Assembly (NCBI GenBank): GCA_030390025.1
Contig: CM059432.1
Location: forward strand, 85,314,001-85,378,000
Origin: Squalus acanthias
Lineage: Eukaryota
Length of the DNA: 64,000 bases
Direction: 5' to 3'
In this document: positions 37,991 to 52,140 of the stretch, piece by piece
How positions within the stretch are numbered: the first letter of the stretch is position 1
Layout: the number at the start of each line of letters is the position of its first letter
Notes under the pieces: model-generated
The model's input: the letters and a program-made list of their open reading frames with translations, nothing else
Database searches by the model: none
Told to the model about the DNA's origin: nothing
Position numbers and translations under genes: made by a program

Positions 37991-38419
37991 TATTCCCTTC
38001 TCTGATTCAACTAAGGACTTCTAAGAATAATATTAGCAGACAAATGCAGAGAGCTTTTTGGCCAAGATACCCCACAGGGCAGGTACATTTTATTTTATGT
38101 GCCTACAGATCATCTGCACCCATATGAATATACGAATAATCTCAGTTTTGGACCCTAGTTGCTGTACAACTCATAAAAGTGCCATTTATGGTGAGCTTAT
38201 TCAGAATGTCTAGGCATAATTGTTTGTTTCCTAAGTGCCTGCAACTTTTTAGAGTTTGTTTCTAATTCCCTACACCAGTTGTTCTTTAGTTTACTTTATG
38301 GATGCATGGCATCAAGGACAGCACTGTGGACATAAAATCAAGCAAAGTATATCCATAATTTCCCAATATGTACTTTGAGCAGGTGAGGCTTCCTACTAGC
38401 AGGGTGCGTTTTGAAAATT

Positions 38420-39030
38420 AGACCCTTGAAGTTTACCCATCACCAAAGTAAGATTAATTGACCTGTAATTTCCTGGATTATCCTTTTCCCTTTCTTGAAT
38501 AGGAGTGTAACATTTGCCATCTTCCAGTCCTTTGGTACAATTTTTATTTCCAAAGACTTTTGGCAAATTATTGTTCGTGCCTCTATTCTCCCACCTCTTT
38601 CAGTAATCTGGGATGCACACCATCGGGGCCTGGTACTTTTCTATTTTAGTCCCACTAACTTTTTTAATACAGTGTCCTTTTCATTACTTATCTCCAGTGG
38701 CGGCTTGTCCGCATCCTCAGTGATTCCTACAGTCCCATTTTCACTTTCCTCTGTATACAAAATACTTGTGAAGCATTTCCACCATTTCATGCCACCCCAT
38801 CTTTGATTATCTTGTACTTTATCCATCTCATATTTAAATATCTTCCACTGCTTGATCTGCCATTTTTCCAACCAAGTTCTTCTTTCATCCCACTGAAATG
38901 AGCTAATTTCTAGTCCAACACCTTTATCATGAACTCTATCTTCTCTTTATCTATTTTCAAGGTGAACTTAATTAGGTTATGGACAGTATTCCCAAATCAC
39001 TATTTCTCCTACCTTTAAATCACTTACCTG
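38420..39030 (-). mobile_element. Old CR1 fragment
   Basis: The minus strand gives decayed DW..ANVT..FKKG...NY.....S motifs. Confidence 0.6.
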
Positions 39031-40130
39031 AAAGAAAGACTTTGTAACTCTGTTGCCAAGCAGAGAGGCACATTGATTAGTAGATTGCATCATGTATTAT
39101 TGTCAATTGGCTGGGAGAGCCACCCCCGACAAATAATTCATCCACAAATAATTATTCTACTTAAGATCCTGTTTATACAGATCCCTATGGATCTTAGTGC
39201 ATTAGGAATTTCACATTTCTCAGTATTTTCATTAGTCTCTATATATTAGATCTATGACTGCCATACTCATGTGTCTAAATTTATGATTACTGAATGCAAC
39301 ACTTTTGGAGCAATTCTCAGGGTTAATTTTGTTGGAGGTAACTTAGGGTTATGCATTTTATTAAAGCTAAGTTTGAATACAGAAGCTGAGCTGTTAATTT
39401 CATCTGAAGAAATGGGATGCTTGTGTTCTCATTGTATTAGCCTGCTCTAGTCAAAATAAAATAAAAGCGGCCTTATGCAAGGCTGAAAGAGGAAAGCTAT
39501 ATTGAGTTTCTGCTAAAAAAAACTTGCTTAAAGTTAGGCATCCCTCTGATTTTCTAGATTGCATAGGTTACCTTACCTATGTTACATGAAGGAGAATGAA
39601 GGAAGATAAATCACAATCAGCACAAAATTTGGAATTGTAGCGCCTGTTTTTTAGGCACTACGAGTGCCCTTAGAGGTTCATAATGGCATCCGTGGCCCAT
39701 GCGCATACTTCTGGTCCAAGTCGCGCGGACACCATATTGGTGAGGGTATTAGCATGGGCGCAATGAGCGTCCGCCAGAAGTATGCAGAGTAGGTAGATCA
39801 TGACGTCAATCAGCATGTAATGCTAATTTGACGCCAGCGCTGCCATTTTGGAGCTCAATGCTCCAGCTAATTCCCTCCCTTAAGCTCACACAGCTGAAGC
39901 ACTCATTCAGCAGCAGGTAGGACCCCCCACCAGTGCTATTTAAAGGGATCGTCAACTATTTACAGGTTAGTTGCTGATTGATTTCTACTGGCTGTTGCTG
40001 CAGTTGTACTCATGTTTGGTGCTTTCTAGAGTTCTTTAAAGTTACGAAAGTCTTCAGGGAGTGGTGTGGCAAGTGCTGAAGGACTTTGTCCTAACTTGAA
40101 GGCTTCTGTACAAACCACTTGCTCCCAGAC

Positions 40131-41150
40131 ATGGGTGCAGTAGTAGGCGTTCCCCTTGGACTAGAACATGACTGGGAGAATGAACAAAGGCGACACAGAG
40201 CAGGGCAAGCTGCTCGAAGAGTGAGGAGGAGGAGAGAGAGAAGGGGTCTCAGCAGGAGGCCAGATCTGCCCAGGGTGTTTAGGGAGCAATTTTTCTACCT
40301 GAACCTCAGCGAGGAACAGTGTGTCAGACATCTGCACTTCACTAAGGATGTCCTCACTGAAATCTGTTACCTGCTACCACAACAGCAACCTCAGAGCACG
40401 GCAAGGACCATATTGCCAGTGGCTGTGAAGGTGACCATGGCCATGAACTTTTATGCGTCGGGCTCCTTGAAGGCTAGAGCTGGAGATATTTGCAACATCT
40501 CGCAGTTTGCCGTCCACTGTTGCGTAAGCGAGGTCACTGAGGCTCTCTGTTCCAGGAGAGCTAACTACAGTTCATTCTCTCTTGCCAGAAAGCCGAAAGG
40601 GATTCCACTCCCCCAACGTCCAGCTATTGTGCGACTATACGCAGCGAATCATGCAGGTCAATGCCCGGTATCCTGGCAGCAGTTATGATGCCTTTATTCT
40701 GCAGCAGTCCACCGTGCCATCTGCATTTGAGCCACCACGACAAACCAGAAGGTGGCTACTGGGCGGCAAGGGCTATCCTTTCATGACATGGCTCGTGACT
40801 CCGGTGCGCAACCCATGCACACGTGGGCATCATGCGTACAACAAAAGCTATGCTGCCACACAAAATGCAATAGAGCACACCATTGGCATGCTGAAACAAT
40901 GCTTCCACTGCCTGGACCGCTCTGGAGGAGCCCTGCAGTGCTCGGCAGGGCGGATGCCAAGATTCGTGGTGGTCTGCTGCATGCTGCACAACCTCGCCGT
41001 CATGAGGGCACAGCCCTTGCCACCAGCTATACAGTGACCAGCTGAGGAGCAGGAGGAGGAAGAGGAGGAGCAAGAAGGGAGGAGGCAACCTAGACAGTCT
41101 CTTTCCAGCCGGGCTGTCCATGAACGACTCATCGACTGCGATACCAGTAA
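40131..41150 (+). pseudogene. Harbinger DDE transposase pseudogene
   Basis: [49 protein letters not shown]. An internal deletion lies near 40585. Confidence 0.88.
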
Positions 41151-41314
41151 ATGCAACCCCAATTCCCCATTCACCAACAGTCCCACACCTTACCTTCCCT
41201 CAGTTACTGACCATCACAGTGTCCGCTTGCGACAATGCAAAAATAAAAGCCAACATAAAATAAACATTCCAAACCAAGTTTATAACTCAAAGTATGCCAT
41301 GTTTCATACAAATG

Positions 41315-42500
41315 TCAACTAATCATATTTGTGAATTCCATTAGTGCCTGTCTTCCATGTGCCTTTGTCCTAGTGCTCCTAGGCAGTGCTACCCCAGTGG
41401 CTGCAGGATGGCTGGTGGAAGGCTGCTTACTTTCCATGGGGGAGACTGCAGATGGCCTTGGGGGACGATCTCGAGCAGCTCTGGGCCTAGAAGGTCCGTT
41501 TTCAAACAGCACCATCTCGGCATGGGCAGCAGCAGTCTGGGCTGGCTGGCTGACAGGCAACCGCAAGGGCACTGGCAGAGTAGCAGGGGTGGGAGGACGA
41601 ATGCTGTAAGAGAGGACAGCAGGATCCTGCTCCATGGAGCCACGGCCACTCCCCCAGGGCGGTGCCTCAGCAATCCTATAAATCTGTTGGAGGGCAGATT
41701 GCTGGACTGTTGTGACACCCTGCAAGCCCTTTTGAACCCTGGTATCCGCAGCCATGATGGCAGCAGTCTGAACTTGCGTGGCAGCAAGCTGACCTTGCAT
41801 GGCAGAAGTCTGAGCTTCCACTTCAGCTTCCAGACTTTGGGTGGCTTCTACTTGTGCTGCAAAGGAAGCTGAGACATCGGTCATCAAACTCTGCATCATG
41901 GTTGGGTCCACAAGTGTGCTACTGGAGTTGGCCACCACTTCCATGCTGGAAAGGCTGGGCTTCAAGCTCTGCAAAGCCTAGTGCCAAGTTGGTGCCAGAC
42001 CCCTCTATGCTCCTTGACATTGCACGCAGGCTTCATGGCAGGCTTGCCAATACACCAGTGTAAAATTCGGATCCGTTGTGCCCGTTTTTGGGGCGCTACA
42101 AGTGCCCTTAGAGGTCCAAAATGGCGTCCGCAGTGTGCCCTCATACTTCTGGTGCGAGTATCCCCGGACACCATATTGGTGAGGGCGTTAGCACGCACGC
42201 AGTGAGCATCTACCAGGAGTATGCAGGCTTTCTGGCAGGCCTGCCAATACACCAAGCATTTCTTTGTGCGTACCCATCAGCCTTCTTCTGTAGCCCGCCC
42301 CATCGAAGTCCTCGTCTGAGTTCTCTGCAGCCCAACTCGTGTGCGACCTCGCCCTCCAGTGAGCTGGCACCTGCGCTACCCTTGTTCCCTTCCTTGGCTG
42401 CAGGCCACTCGTGCCCGTTGTCTCACCACATGCAGATCCCACCTCTAAGCTCCAATAATGGCGAGTACCGTCTCCTCCATGCGGCTAAGGACATGCAGCC
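41315..42500 (-). pseudogene. Harbinger Myb/SANT partner protein, 3' exon remnant
   Basis: Coiled-coil and P/S/A-rich tail ending A.G...RSTR.K, like the 55.5k copy. Convergent with the transposase. Confidence 0.6.
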
Positions 42501-42521
42501 ACTCATGTCCCCCGTCGCCGC

Positions 42522-43808
42522 TTAATCCGGCCAATTACCACCCCATCAGCCTATTCTCAATCATCAGCAAAGTGATGGAAGGTGTCGTTGACAGTCCTAT
42601 TGAGCAGCACTTACTCACCAATAACCTGCTCACTAATGCACCGTTTAGGCTCTGCCAGGACCACTTGGCTCCTACATCATTACAGTCTGGGCCCAAGCAT
42701 GAACAAAAGAGGTGAGAGCGACTGCCCTTGACATCAAGGCAGCATTTGACCGAGTGTGGCATCAAGGAGCCCTAGTAAAATTGAAGTCAATGGGAATCAG
42801 GGGGAAAACTCTCCACTGGCTAGCATCATACCTAGCACAAAGGAAGATGGTTGTGTTTGTTGGAGGACAATCATCTCAGTCCCAGGACATCGCTGCAGGA
42901 GTATCTCAGGGCAGTGTCCTAGGCTCAATCATCTTCAGCTGCTTCATCAATGACCTTCCCTCCATCATAAGGTCAGAAGTGGGGATGTTCCCTGATGATT
43001 GCACAGTGTTCAGTTCCATTCGCAACTCCTCAGATAATGAAGCAGTTCATGCCCACATGCAGCAAGACCTGGACAACATTCAGGTTTCAGCTGATAAGTG
43101 GCAAGTAGCATTCACAGCACAGAAGTGCCAGGCAATGACCATCTCCAACAGGGACAGTCTAGCCACCTCCCTTTTACATTCAACGGGATTACCATCACCG
43201 AGTCACCCACCATCAATATCCTGGGGGTCACCATTGACCAGAAACTTAATGGGACCAGCCACATAAATACCGTGACTACAAGAGCAGGTCAGAGGCTGGG
43301 TATTCTGCGGCGAGTGACTCACCTGCTGACTCCCCAAAGCTTTTCCACCATCTACAAGTCACAAGTCAGGAATGTGATGGAATACTCTTCACTTGCCTGG
43401 ATGTGTACATCTCCAACAACACTCAAGAAACTTGATACCATCCAGGACAAAGCAGCCCGCTTGATTGGCACTCCATCCACCACCTTAAACATTTGCTCCC
43501 TCCACCACCAACGCACCATGGCTGCAGTGTGTACCATCTACAAGATGCACTGCAGCAACTCACCAAGGCTTCTTTGACAGCACCTCCCTAACCTGCGACC
43601 TCTTCCACCTAGAAGGACAAGGGCAGCGGGCACATGGGATCACTACCACCTCCAGGTCACACACCATCCTGGCTTGGAAATATATCGCAGTTCCTTCATC
43701 ATCGCTGGGTCAAAATCCTGGAACTCCCTCCCTAACAGCACCTTGGGAGTACCTTCACCTCACGGACTGCAGCGGTTCAAGAAGGCGGCTCACCACCACC
43801 TTCTCAAG
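42522..43808 (+). mobile_element. LINE RT fragment (CR1/L2-group, jockey-like)
   Basis: NPANYHPISL, DIKAAFDRVWH, QGSVLG, FPDD. The 3' region matches 26040-26572. Confidence 0.85.
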
Positions 43809-44665
43809 TGTATCTTGGTGACTATCTTATATTGGTGGCCTCTAGTTTTGCTCTTCCCCACAAGTGGAAACACTCTCTCTGTATCTACTCTATCAAAACC
43901 TTTCATAATTTTAAAGAACTCTATTAGGTCACCACTCAGCCTTCTCTTTTCAAGAGAAAGGAGACCCTGCCTGTTCTTCCTTTCCTGATAGGTATACCCT
44001 CGTATTTCTGGTATCATCCTTGTAAATCCTTTTTGCACCCTCGCCAGTGCCTCTATATCCTTTTTATAATATGGCAACCAGAATTGTATGCAGTACTCCA
44101 AGTGTGGTGTAACCAATGTTCGCTACAAGTTTAGCATAACTTCTCTACTTTTCAATTCAATCCCTCTAGAAATAAAGCCTAGTGCTTGGTTTGCTTTTTT
44201 AATGACTTTGTTAACCTGTGTCGCTACTTTCAGTGATTTGTATATTTGTACTCAATGTATGAATGGTGGAGCAGGCTCGACGGGCCGAATGGCCTACTCC
44301 TGCTCCTAGTTTCTATGTTTCTATGTTTCTATGTACTCCAAAGGTCCCTTTGCTCTTCTACCCCACTTAGATTCGTATTTTCCTTTGCTCTTCTACCCCA
44401 CTTAGATTCGTATTTTCCAAGTAGTATGTGACCTCCCTATTTTTCTTACCAAATGTAATACCTCACATTTATCTGTATTGAATTTCATTTGCCAATTATC
44501 TGCCCATTCTTCAAGTTTATTAATGTCTTCTTGTACTTTGTTGCAGTCTTCCTCAGTATTGACTAACCCCCAATTTGGTGTCATCTGCAAATTTAGAAAT
44601 TGTGTTTTTGATTCCAAAGTCTAAATTGTTAATATAAATTGTGAACAACAGTAGTCCCAGCACTG
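43809..44665 (-). mobile_element. CR1 fragment with a nested CR1-type tail (44255-44332) and a 35-bp tandem duplication (44347-44418)
   Basis: PHLEYCIQFW and RRLSGDLIE. The nested tail ends (TTTCTATG)3 and is flanked by a TGTACTC repeat. Confidence 0.8.
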
Positions 44666-44894
44666 ATGGCGCTAAGGGGTCGCGTGCATGGTAATGACGT
44701 CATTGCTGGAGGTGTGGTGGCCCAGGGCGCTTCCAGCGGGAGCGCAGCACTATCGGGTAGTGCCTCAGCAACGCCCAGCCGAATTTCGCGGGAGACGCTT
44801 TTTTCGCCCCCCCTTGGGCAATAACCCCTTTGCGCCCTGTTAACGCCCCCCGGAGGTGCTAACGGCAGGCACAAAGGAGCCGAATTTCGCCCCC
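44666..44894. mobile_element. Partial family-B-like MITE end
   Basis: Reverse-complement homolog of 47894-48100. Confidence 0.65.
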
Positions 44895-45830
44895 TATATA
44901 TCATAATATGTGGCAGTGTGGCCTCATTTGCCTAGCTCTAAACAGTTATAACACACAGAATATGTTAATTTCTGCTGTTGAAGGAGCAAGGATTGTGATT
45001 CTTTTTCAGTACAGTGCAGATGTGGTATTTGGGTGGTTCGGGGAATGATAAAAAGACAGAACCAGCTAGCCTGCTGGATTGGGAATACAATGTTTTCAAA
45101 ATCTTGCAAGGAATAGCTTTCTCAGACCAGTGAAGAGGAAATCTGATTATTTTCCAGCATGCTCATCTGAGTTTCCACCTGCAGAGAAGCATTTACAGTC
45201 ATTATAAGAAATATGCAGGCCCAGACTAACCTATCTGGAACACGTTGCTTGGATGTGAGCAAATGAAAGAATAAAACATTTTCATTTAAAAAGAAATTGA
45301 ATAAAAACTTGCAGAATGCACACTCAGTAATTTCAAATATTCTCCCTCCCAAGATTTAAAAATAGCCTTAGGTGATCAGACATTTTAAGCTAAATTGTTA
45401 TTACATTTTCCACATTGTAGATAATTACAGATTGAAACATAAAACCTTTGCAGGAGAAATGAAGTCAGAACCACCTCCTCCCTTTCTAAAAATGTCATAT
45501 TCTTCCAAGAACACATTACCTTAATTAGAAAAATAAAATAGAAATGTGACTACCAGAAGGCAGCTCCATTTATTTATTGATACCAGAAAGAACCCTTATA
45601 AATTCTTAGCAGCAGAAGGGTTATTATGCAGTGCCATTAGCTGGGAACAAAAATACCTCACAGAATTATACTAAAGCTAATGCATCTGTAGCTTTACGTA
45701 ATGCTATAATCCATTGGAAAGCTGCAGTATATATATTATAATAAAATGTCCAGCATCATAACCTGCAGTTTTATCAGCATTTCTAATTTTATGTAAAACT
45801 ACACTGTATATAAGAAAAAAAGCAAATGAA

Positions 45831-47618
45831 GGGGGGAATTTTTCGGGGGGTCAGCGGGCATGTTCGGTGGCGGGTCGGGTGCGAAACTTTTTTTGACAAC
45901 GGGTCGGGACCCCGCTGTCAACCCGCCACCTTGTGACTTTCCCAGATGTCGGGTCTGTCAAGGCTGAACAGACCCAACACGCAGCGATGGGGGAGGCAAT
46001 TCAGGTCATTATGACCTTGTTAACAGCTCATTAAAAAGTATTTTGAGCTCACCTTACCATATTATGAGGTCGCCCACGGGGTCCACGCTGCTCAGGAATC
46101 AAGTAAGGAGGTCGGGAGTTGTATGACCATGGAATCATCTCATTACTTGACAGCAGCAAATGTGCTATAAAAGCTCCCATCTCACATCTGTTCACTTTCC
46201 AAGCTCAGAAGCTGTTGCTTACTGCATTTGGAAGACAGATTGAGCTTTGTGCAGGTTGCAAATGTTTGGAGCAAACTCTCTATCCAGTGTCACCTCATTG
46301 GAACAACCTCTCTCACCATTGACAGATCGCTTCTGTCATCTCAAGTTCACCTGCCATCTATTACATCAGCATCGGTGCCCTTGAAACTATCTCACCTTGG
46401 TCCTCAGAATCCCACCACGATCAGCCCCAACACCAGCAGCACCAGGCACACCAGCAGCACCAACAATAACACCAACCTTCTCCGCAATCAACTGATGCTG
46501 CACAGGAGAAAGGGCATCAGCACCCGACCACTTTGCCAGCCGGGACGCCAGGGATGGCCTCGCCATAGCCAGATTTACTTCACTTGGCCCTGTATACCTT
46601 AACTGCCACATGATGTGCCAGGTTGGCACCACCCCACACCAACACCATAAAGCATCCCTACAATGCCCAAGCCATTCCTTTCACACTCATTGCCATTGGC
46701 GGGGGGGGGGGGGGGGGTACCGTTTTGTTTCACCATTCACTGCAACTCACGAAGCCACTTCCAAAGGTGCACAGAAATCTGTCCAAGAACGCAAAGTGTT
46801 CAAAATAAAGAGTTCAATGTTTGACAGCACATTAACAGAAACTTCACATGAACATTGGCTAAAACACACAAGTGCCTTCCCTTGTGTGTTGTTAGTTGGT
46901 ATGATTGCACTAGGATGAGAGTGAGTGTGAGGGATGGCTAGTGAGATGGGGAAGTGATAATGTAGATAGAGAGGGATGGGTGGAGGTGCAAGGTAAGTTG
47001 GTTTTAGTAAAGATGTGCAGGAGTAGGGTAGGGAAGGCAGGGTGATGGGGATGTGATGAGTGGCACAGCAGGATGAGGTTGAGTGTGGCTTTGCATTAAC
47101 CTTTCATGATCTACTGAGATCATTGAAATGTTTGTGCCACTGCAGCCTGGTCCTTCTGACGACATCCCTGCTTGTGCCATCCTGTGCAATGTGCAACCAG
47201 GCTGCGTTGGTCTCCTGGGGAGGTCTCTTCCGCCATTGGAAGGGAAGAGAACCTCACTGCATGCTGTGACTCCCTCCATAAGCATATGGAGGGAGTCATG
47301 GGTGAGCCTGGGTGCAGCCGTGCACCTCTGTGATTGCTTGTCAGTGTTTGCAGCACCTCAATGCTGTAGAACACTGACAGCACAACTGTCAAAATCAATT
47401 TGCGCATGGTCCCTTTAAGGAAACCGGCTGATGACGTGTCATCAAATGACATCATCAGACCTGCTTCCTTCGATTGGATGGCAAACACGCTGGGCGGGCT
47501 TAACAAGCCCAATCAATGTAAAATCATTCTACACAGCGGGCTGGAGCCAGCATTGGGGTCGGGACCCGCTACCGACGTCGCCCACCACGGACTCGCCGAG
47601 GTAGGGTAAATCACGGCC
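45831..47618 (-). mobile_element. Non-autonomous Harbinger deletion derivative, copy 2
   Basis: Inverted homolog of 880-2612. Myb exon 1 remnant at ~47101-47320 (-). Confidence 0.8.
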
Positions 47619-47823
47619 ATAGATTCTGTAGGGAAAGCTATTTTGCAAATGTTCATACTCTTAACTTCATCTTGCAGCATGGAAGAAGTACAGTTTCTTT
47701 CTTCCCCCTCCAACCTCCATTGATGGGCATATAATCAGTGGTTATTTTTACACCATTCTTTAAGTTAATTTCTCCTGAATCCTTAGGTCCTCCTACACTA
47801 TTCCATTCTACAATAGAGACAGT

Positions 47824-48790
47824 GGGGGGAATGTTAACGCCAAAAAATGGGTGGGTTGGGGTCGGGTGGCAAGCTGAAGTGTTAAAAGTCTGAGGGGGCG
47901 AAATTCGGCTCCTTTGCGCCTGCCTTTGCGGCAACGGGGCACAAAAGGGTTATCGCCCAGGGGGGCAAAAAAAGCTCCTCCCGCAAAATTCGTCAGGGCG
48001 TTGCTGAGGCGCTTCCCGATTGCGGCGTGACCCCGCCGGTAGCGCCCCAGGCCGCCGCGCCTGCAGCGATGACGTCATCACCATGCGCGGTGACCCCTTA
48101 GTGCTCCGCCACATCCCCTTACCGCCCCACGGCAGAAATTCGGCTGCAACCACGAGGCTGCCTCAGGCGGTGTCAGCGCCAGCCTCGCAGGTCGCGAGCC
48201 GGCCAGACCTCCACCTGCAGGGCGGTAGTTAAAGGGGAGGTGCGGCCATGACCCGTGCCGCCATTTTATTTTTTTTGGTCGACCTCCAGGTCAGCCCTCC
48301 GTGGTGTGCCGCGGCGTGGTCCTGGCCACCATTGTGTAGCCCGGCACTGCGTCTCAGCGCCGGGCTGCTGCCATGGCACCATGCCGCCCTGGTGGCCTAG
48401 TTGGGGCCATCGGAGGCCCTGCAGCGTGCGCAGTGGCCGTCCCCTTTAACTGAAGGGGGGGGACGTTGAAACACGGCAGCACTCTGCAGAGTGCTGCCGA
48501 TCGCGCCCCGACATTGCCTCAGTTACCGCCCCACCAGGAAGTGGAGCGCCCGACATTGTGCTCCACTTCCTGGGCGGGGTGGTAAGGCGAATTTCGCAAC
48601 TGGGGCGGGACTTCCTTGCCAGGTGCAGGATGTCCTGCCTCGTCAGTGTTACCGCCCCGAAACAAGACGCTACCGAATTTCACGCCCTGAATCTCGACCC
48701 CAACCCACCTCCAACCTGCCCACTTCTAGTTTTAATGGAGGCGGGCGAGCAGCCATCCCGCTCACAGGAGGCGGGTCGCCCACTTAAATA
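47824..48790 (+). mobile_element. Family C MITE fragment with a nested family-B-like MITE (47894-48687)
   Basis: The nested element has GGG.G.GAAATTCGG TIRs and a TGA TSD. The rejoined flanks match 58455-58630. Confidence 0.75.
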
Positions 48791-49469
48791 GTGTAGTGTA
48801 CCAATGTGCTGCACCTCCAATTCATTTTAATTACCCAAGTAAGATTAAATGAACCAGAAATCAGTATTCATGAACGCAGCTATACAATTCAATTTATTTA
48901 ACTCAGATTGATAAGATGGTATTTGGGTATAAGAGGCAGAGAGGTTATAGATATCAAACCTCCTTACAAGAGATGCCTAATTGGAGCAAATTATCTGTCT
49001 CCTCAGAATACAAAATAGCTGGGTTGTACTTTATTCTGCATTTTTGTCTAATTTGCTATTGTACATAAAATTCTAGTTTATAAACAATCCATAAATTATG
49101 GCATTGCCAGCGTAGGCTAGAGTAACTCATTGGCAGTTCCAGTTTCGTTATTTATGCAAAATGTTTTAGAGAAATTGATTTTTTCCCTTGAGTAACTCCT
49201 GTTCAGACTTCTGTATTCATTTTTTCCTGAATTTTGCAACATAAAATATGTATTCCTGTTAACAAATTGACAAATTTGAATAAATCAATGTCTTGTTTTA
49301 AATCACTAACTTTAAAGGAGATGTTCTTCTTCCCCAGTAGTCCAGTGAGCTCCAGTAAGTAATTGAACCATACAGACCAGTTTTCAAATCTCAGCCAGTG
49401 CATCAGTAGAGTATTACAGTTGGCCTCAGTATCCCTGGTTTAGGAAGGAGAAAATTTAGGTTTCTATTG

Positions 49470-51285
49470 AGGGTGGATATGTGCCAGAGTACTGGAGAAT
49501 GGCCAAGGTAATGCTCATTTACAAAAACGGAGTCAGAGCTGACCCAGATAATTACAAGCCAATTAGTATAACATCTGTGATAGGAAAAATGTTGGAACCT
49601 TGAACTGAAGATTAAATTACCAAATATCTAGATGAATAGAAAATAATTAGAAGCAGTGAAAATAGATTTCAGAAAGGAAAATTGTGCTTGACAATCCTGA
49701 TAAGAGTACTTTGATGGATAGGGGAGATGCAGTGGATGTGATGTATTTGAATTTTGAGAAAGCATTTGACAAGATGCCACACAGGAGACTATTGAAGAGA
49801 TTAAGTTGTATAAAATTAGGGGAAGGGTAGTAAACTGGATTAAAAACTGGTTATAAGGGAGGAAACAGAGAGTAGGAGTTAAGGGCAGATTCTCAGAATG
49901 GTTGGGAGTAGGTAATATTACCCACAAGGTTTTATTCTGAGAGTGCTTCTATTCACTGGTGCATCAATGATTAGGAGATAGGGCTCAAGGGAGAGGTGTC
50001 CAAATTTGCAGACAATACTAAAATAGGAGGCATACTAAATAGTTCTGAGGATCAAAGGAAACTGCAAGAGGATATTGATAAGAAGGTGAATGAGCAAAAA
50101 AGTGGCAGATGGAAATCAATGTCAGTAAATGTGAAGTGGTACATTTTACTAAAAAAATTAAAGTAATAATTATGACCCATAATTTGCTTTCAAAATAAAG
50201 GCAAGGCTAATATAGCTTGTTGTTATTTAAGCGCAAATGCTACAGCAGCTTTCAGTGAGGGCAGATGTGTGGTTAAACACCTAAATCCAAAAGTTGCTGT
50301 CCGAGATGCGCCACTCCGCCGTTAGCGTCGTAAAAATGGCATCTTGCTGACTGCCTCAGCATAGAAATGTATTGAATGGCATGATGTTCCTGTATTTGCT
50401 AGGTAGATACGAACTAAACTCACCATAGAAATTTAAGTCTTGTACATTTCAGTCAAAGTACCCTTTTAACAATGTGATAAGTGTTAATTACTGCCCAACA
50501 ACCTCCCTGGCATTAAGTGTTATTCTTTCAGGTTTTAATTGTTGTCGGAGAGTTTAAAAATATAAAATTTTAAATTTCTTTTTACTTTTCCTTTCTGTCT
50601 TTTTTTTTTGCTCTCTCTTAATCCAATCTTTCTTTATTTCTCTTTCTGTACCTGATTTGACATTGAATTCACACAGTCTATATTACACTTCCTTCTCAGT
50701 CCTTGCACTGTTTATTTCATAATCCTTCAATCTGAGATGCACACTTGCTTGCCTGGTTCACTCAGATCCCAGCTGCCCGGTTTCCCTCGCTGCGACGTTA
50801 TCAGCTTGCTCTTTCAGCAACTTGCCACACAAAAATGTTAAAAACCTTAACATGATGGGGCAAGTCTAACTAACAGCAGATGTCATTAGATGCCCTTCCA
50901 TAGCAAATTTTGGCCCATTACTTTGAATGAGGGAAGAGCTGGGTAATGTGGAAGAGCGGAGGAATTGGGAGGTTCAGGTTCACAGACATTAAAAGATGCA
51001 CCTCAAGTGGATAAGGCCATAAAAATGCAAATGGAAAGGAAAATTGGGCAGGATGTATAATGGGCGGGCAATCCAATATTGCCCGTTTTACATGCCAGTC
51101 GAAATTGAAAGTTCCGGTATTAGTGATTGAATCAAAGTGCATGTCAACATTTAAGGCTCGGTTAGATGATGGTTGAAAGAAAGAGGTATAAATGGTTATG
51201 GGAACAGTTTGGATGATAATCACCAACACGAATAATTTGTGCTGAACGGCCTATTTCCATGTTGTAATTTTCATGTAATTCCATA
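49470..51285 (+). mobile_element. Old CR1 LINE interrupted by a MITE
   Basis: Decayed NY.PI...S, F.KAFDK and FADN motifs. CR1 tail at ~51240-51285. Confidence 0.7.
50174..50916. mobile_element. Harbinger-type MITE
   Basis: GACCCATAATTTGC/GCAAATTTTGGCCC ends. Homologous to the 31-33k flanks. Confidence 0.65.
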
Positions 51286-51856
51286 ACAGTACTTAAGATG
51301 GCTTTTAAAAAGTCCACTGGCCAGACATACAAAGCAATTTATTGGCCCAAATTTTCCAGGGCCTATAACCACATACGCATAGCGTACGCCATCATAAGTG
51401 CCCCGCAAGTTCCGGGTTTCCGCATGTGATGTGCATGCGCGAAAACCCGGGACTTGCAATCTGTCAAGGCCTTCTTTTACCAGCGTAAGGGTTTAAATAA
51501 ATATTAAAATAAATTTTTAAATTATTTAACCATACAAAAACCTTTAAAATTAGTTTAGGTTATTTTTGGCCCCTTGAAAAATTGTTACATTTATTTTTCC
51601 AAAAATTTAATTTTGTTTTAAATGTTTAATTACATTGTTTTTTTTAATTCATTTTGACCATGTGATGATTTATTTTTATTTCAGTGTTGTGAAAGTGTGT
51701 TTTAGGGGATTCCTATTATGTTTATGGAGATTCAATGGAATCTCCATAAGCATAATGGGAATCCCCTTTGTGATTGGTTGGGCCGGCCCACATGATCCCA
51801 GGGATGCTCGCGAAAGGCATGCGCCCTGGGATACGTGGGCCTTTACACAGGCGTAC

Positions 51857-52140
51857 ACCTGCTCTTGTTGCCACAGTATTTATGTGACTGGTCCAGTTAA
51901 GTTTCTGGTCAATGTTGACCCCCAGGATATTGATGGTGGGGGATTCGGCGATGGTAATGCCGTTGAATGTCATGGGGAGGTGGTTAGACTCTCGCTTGTT
52001 GGAGATAGTCATTGCCTGGCACTTCTGTGGCATGAATGTTACCTGCCACTTATCAGCCCAAACCTGAACGTCGTCCAGGTCTTGTTGCATGCGGGTATGA
52101 ACTGCTTCATTATCTGAGGAGTTGTGAATGGCACTGAACA
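51857..52140 (-). mobile_element. LINE RT fragment (same family as 42522-43808)
   Basis: MQQDLDDVQVWADKWQVTF..QKCQAMTIS. Confidence 0.8.

Larger units (their letters stand above)
39619..42521 (+). mobile_element. Harbinger transposon, right end truncated by a LINE
   Basis: Transposase (+) converges on a Myb-protein 3' exon remnant (-). Confidence 0.8.
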
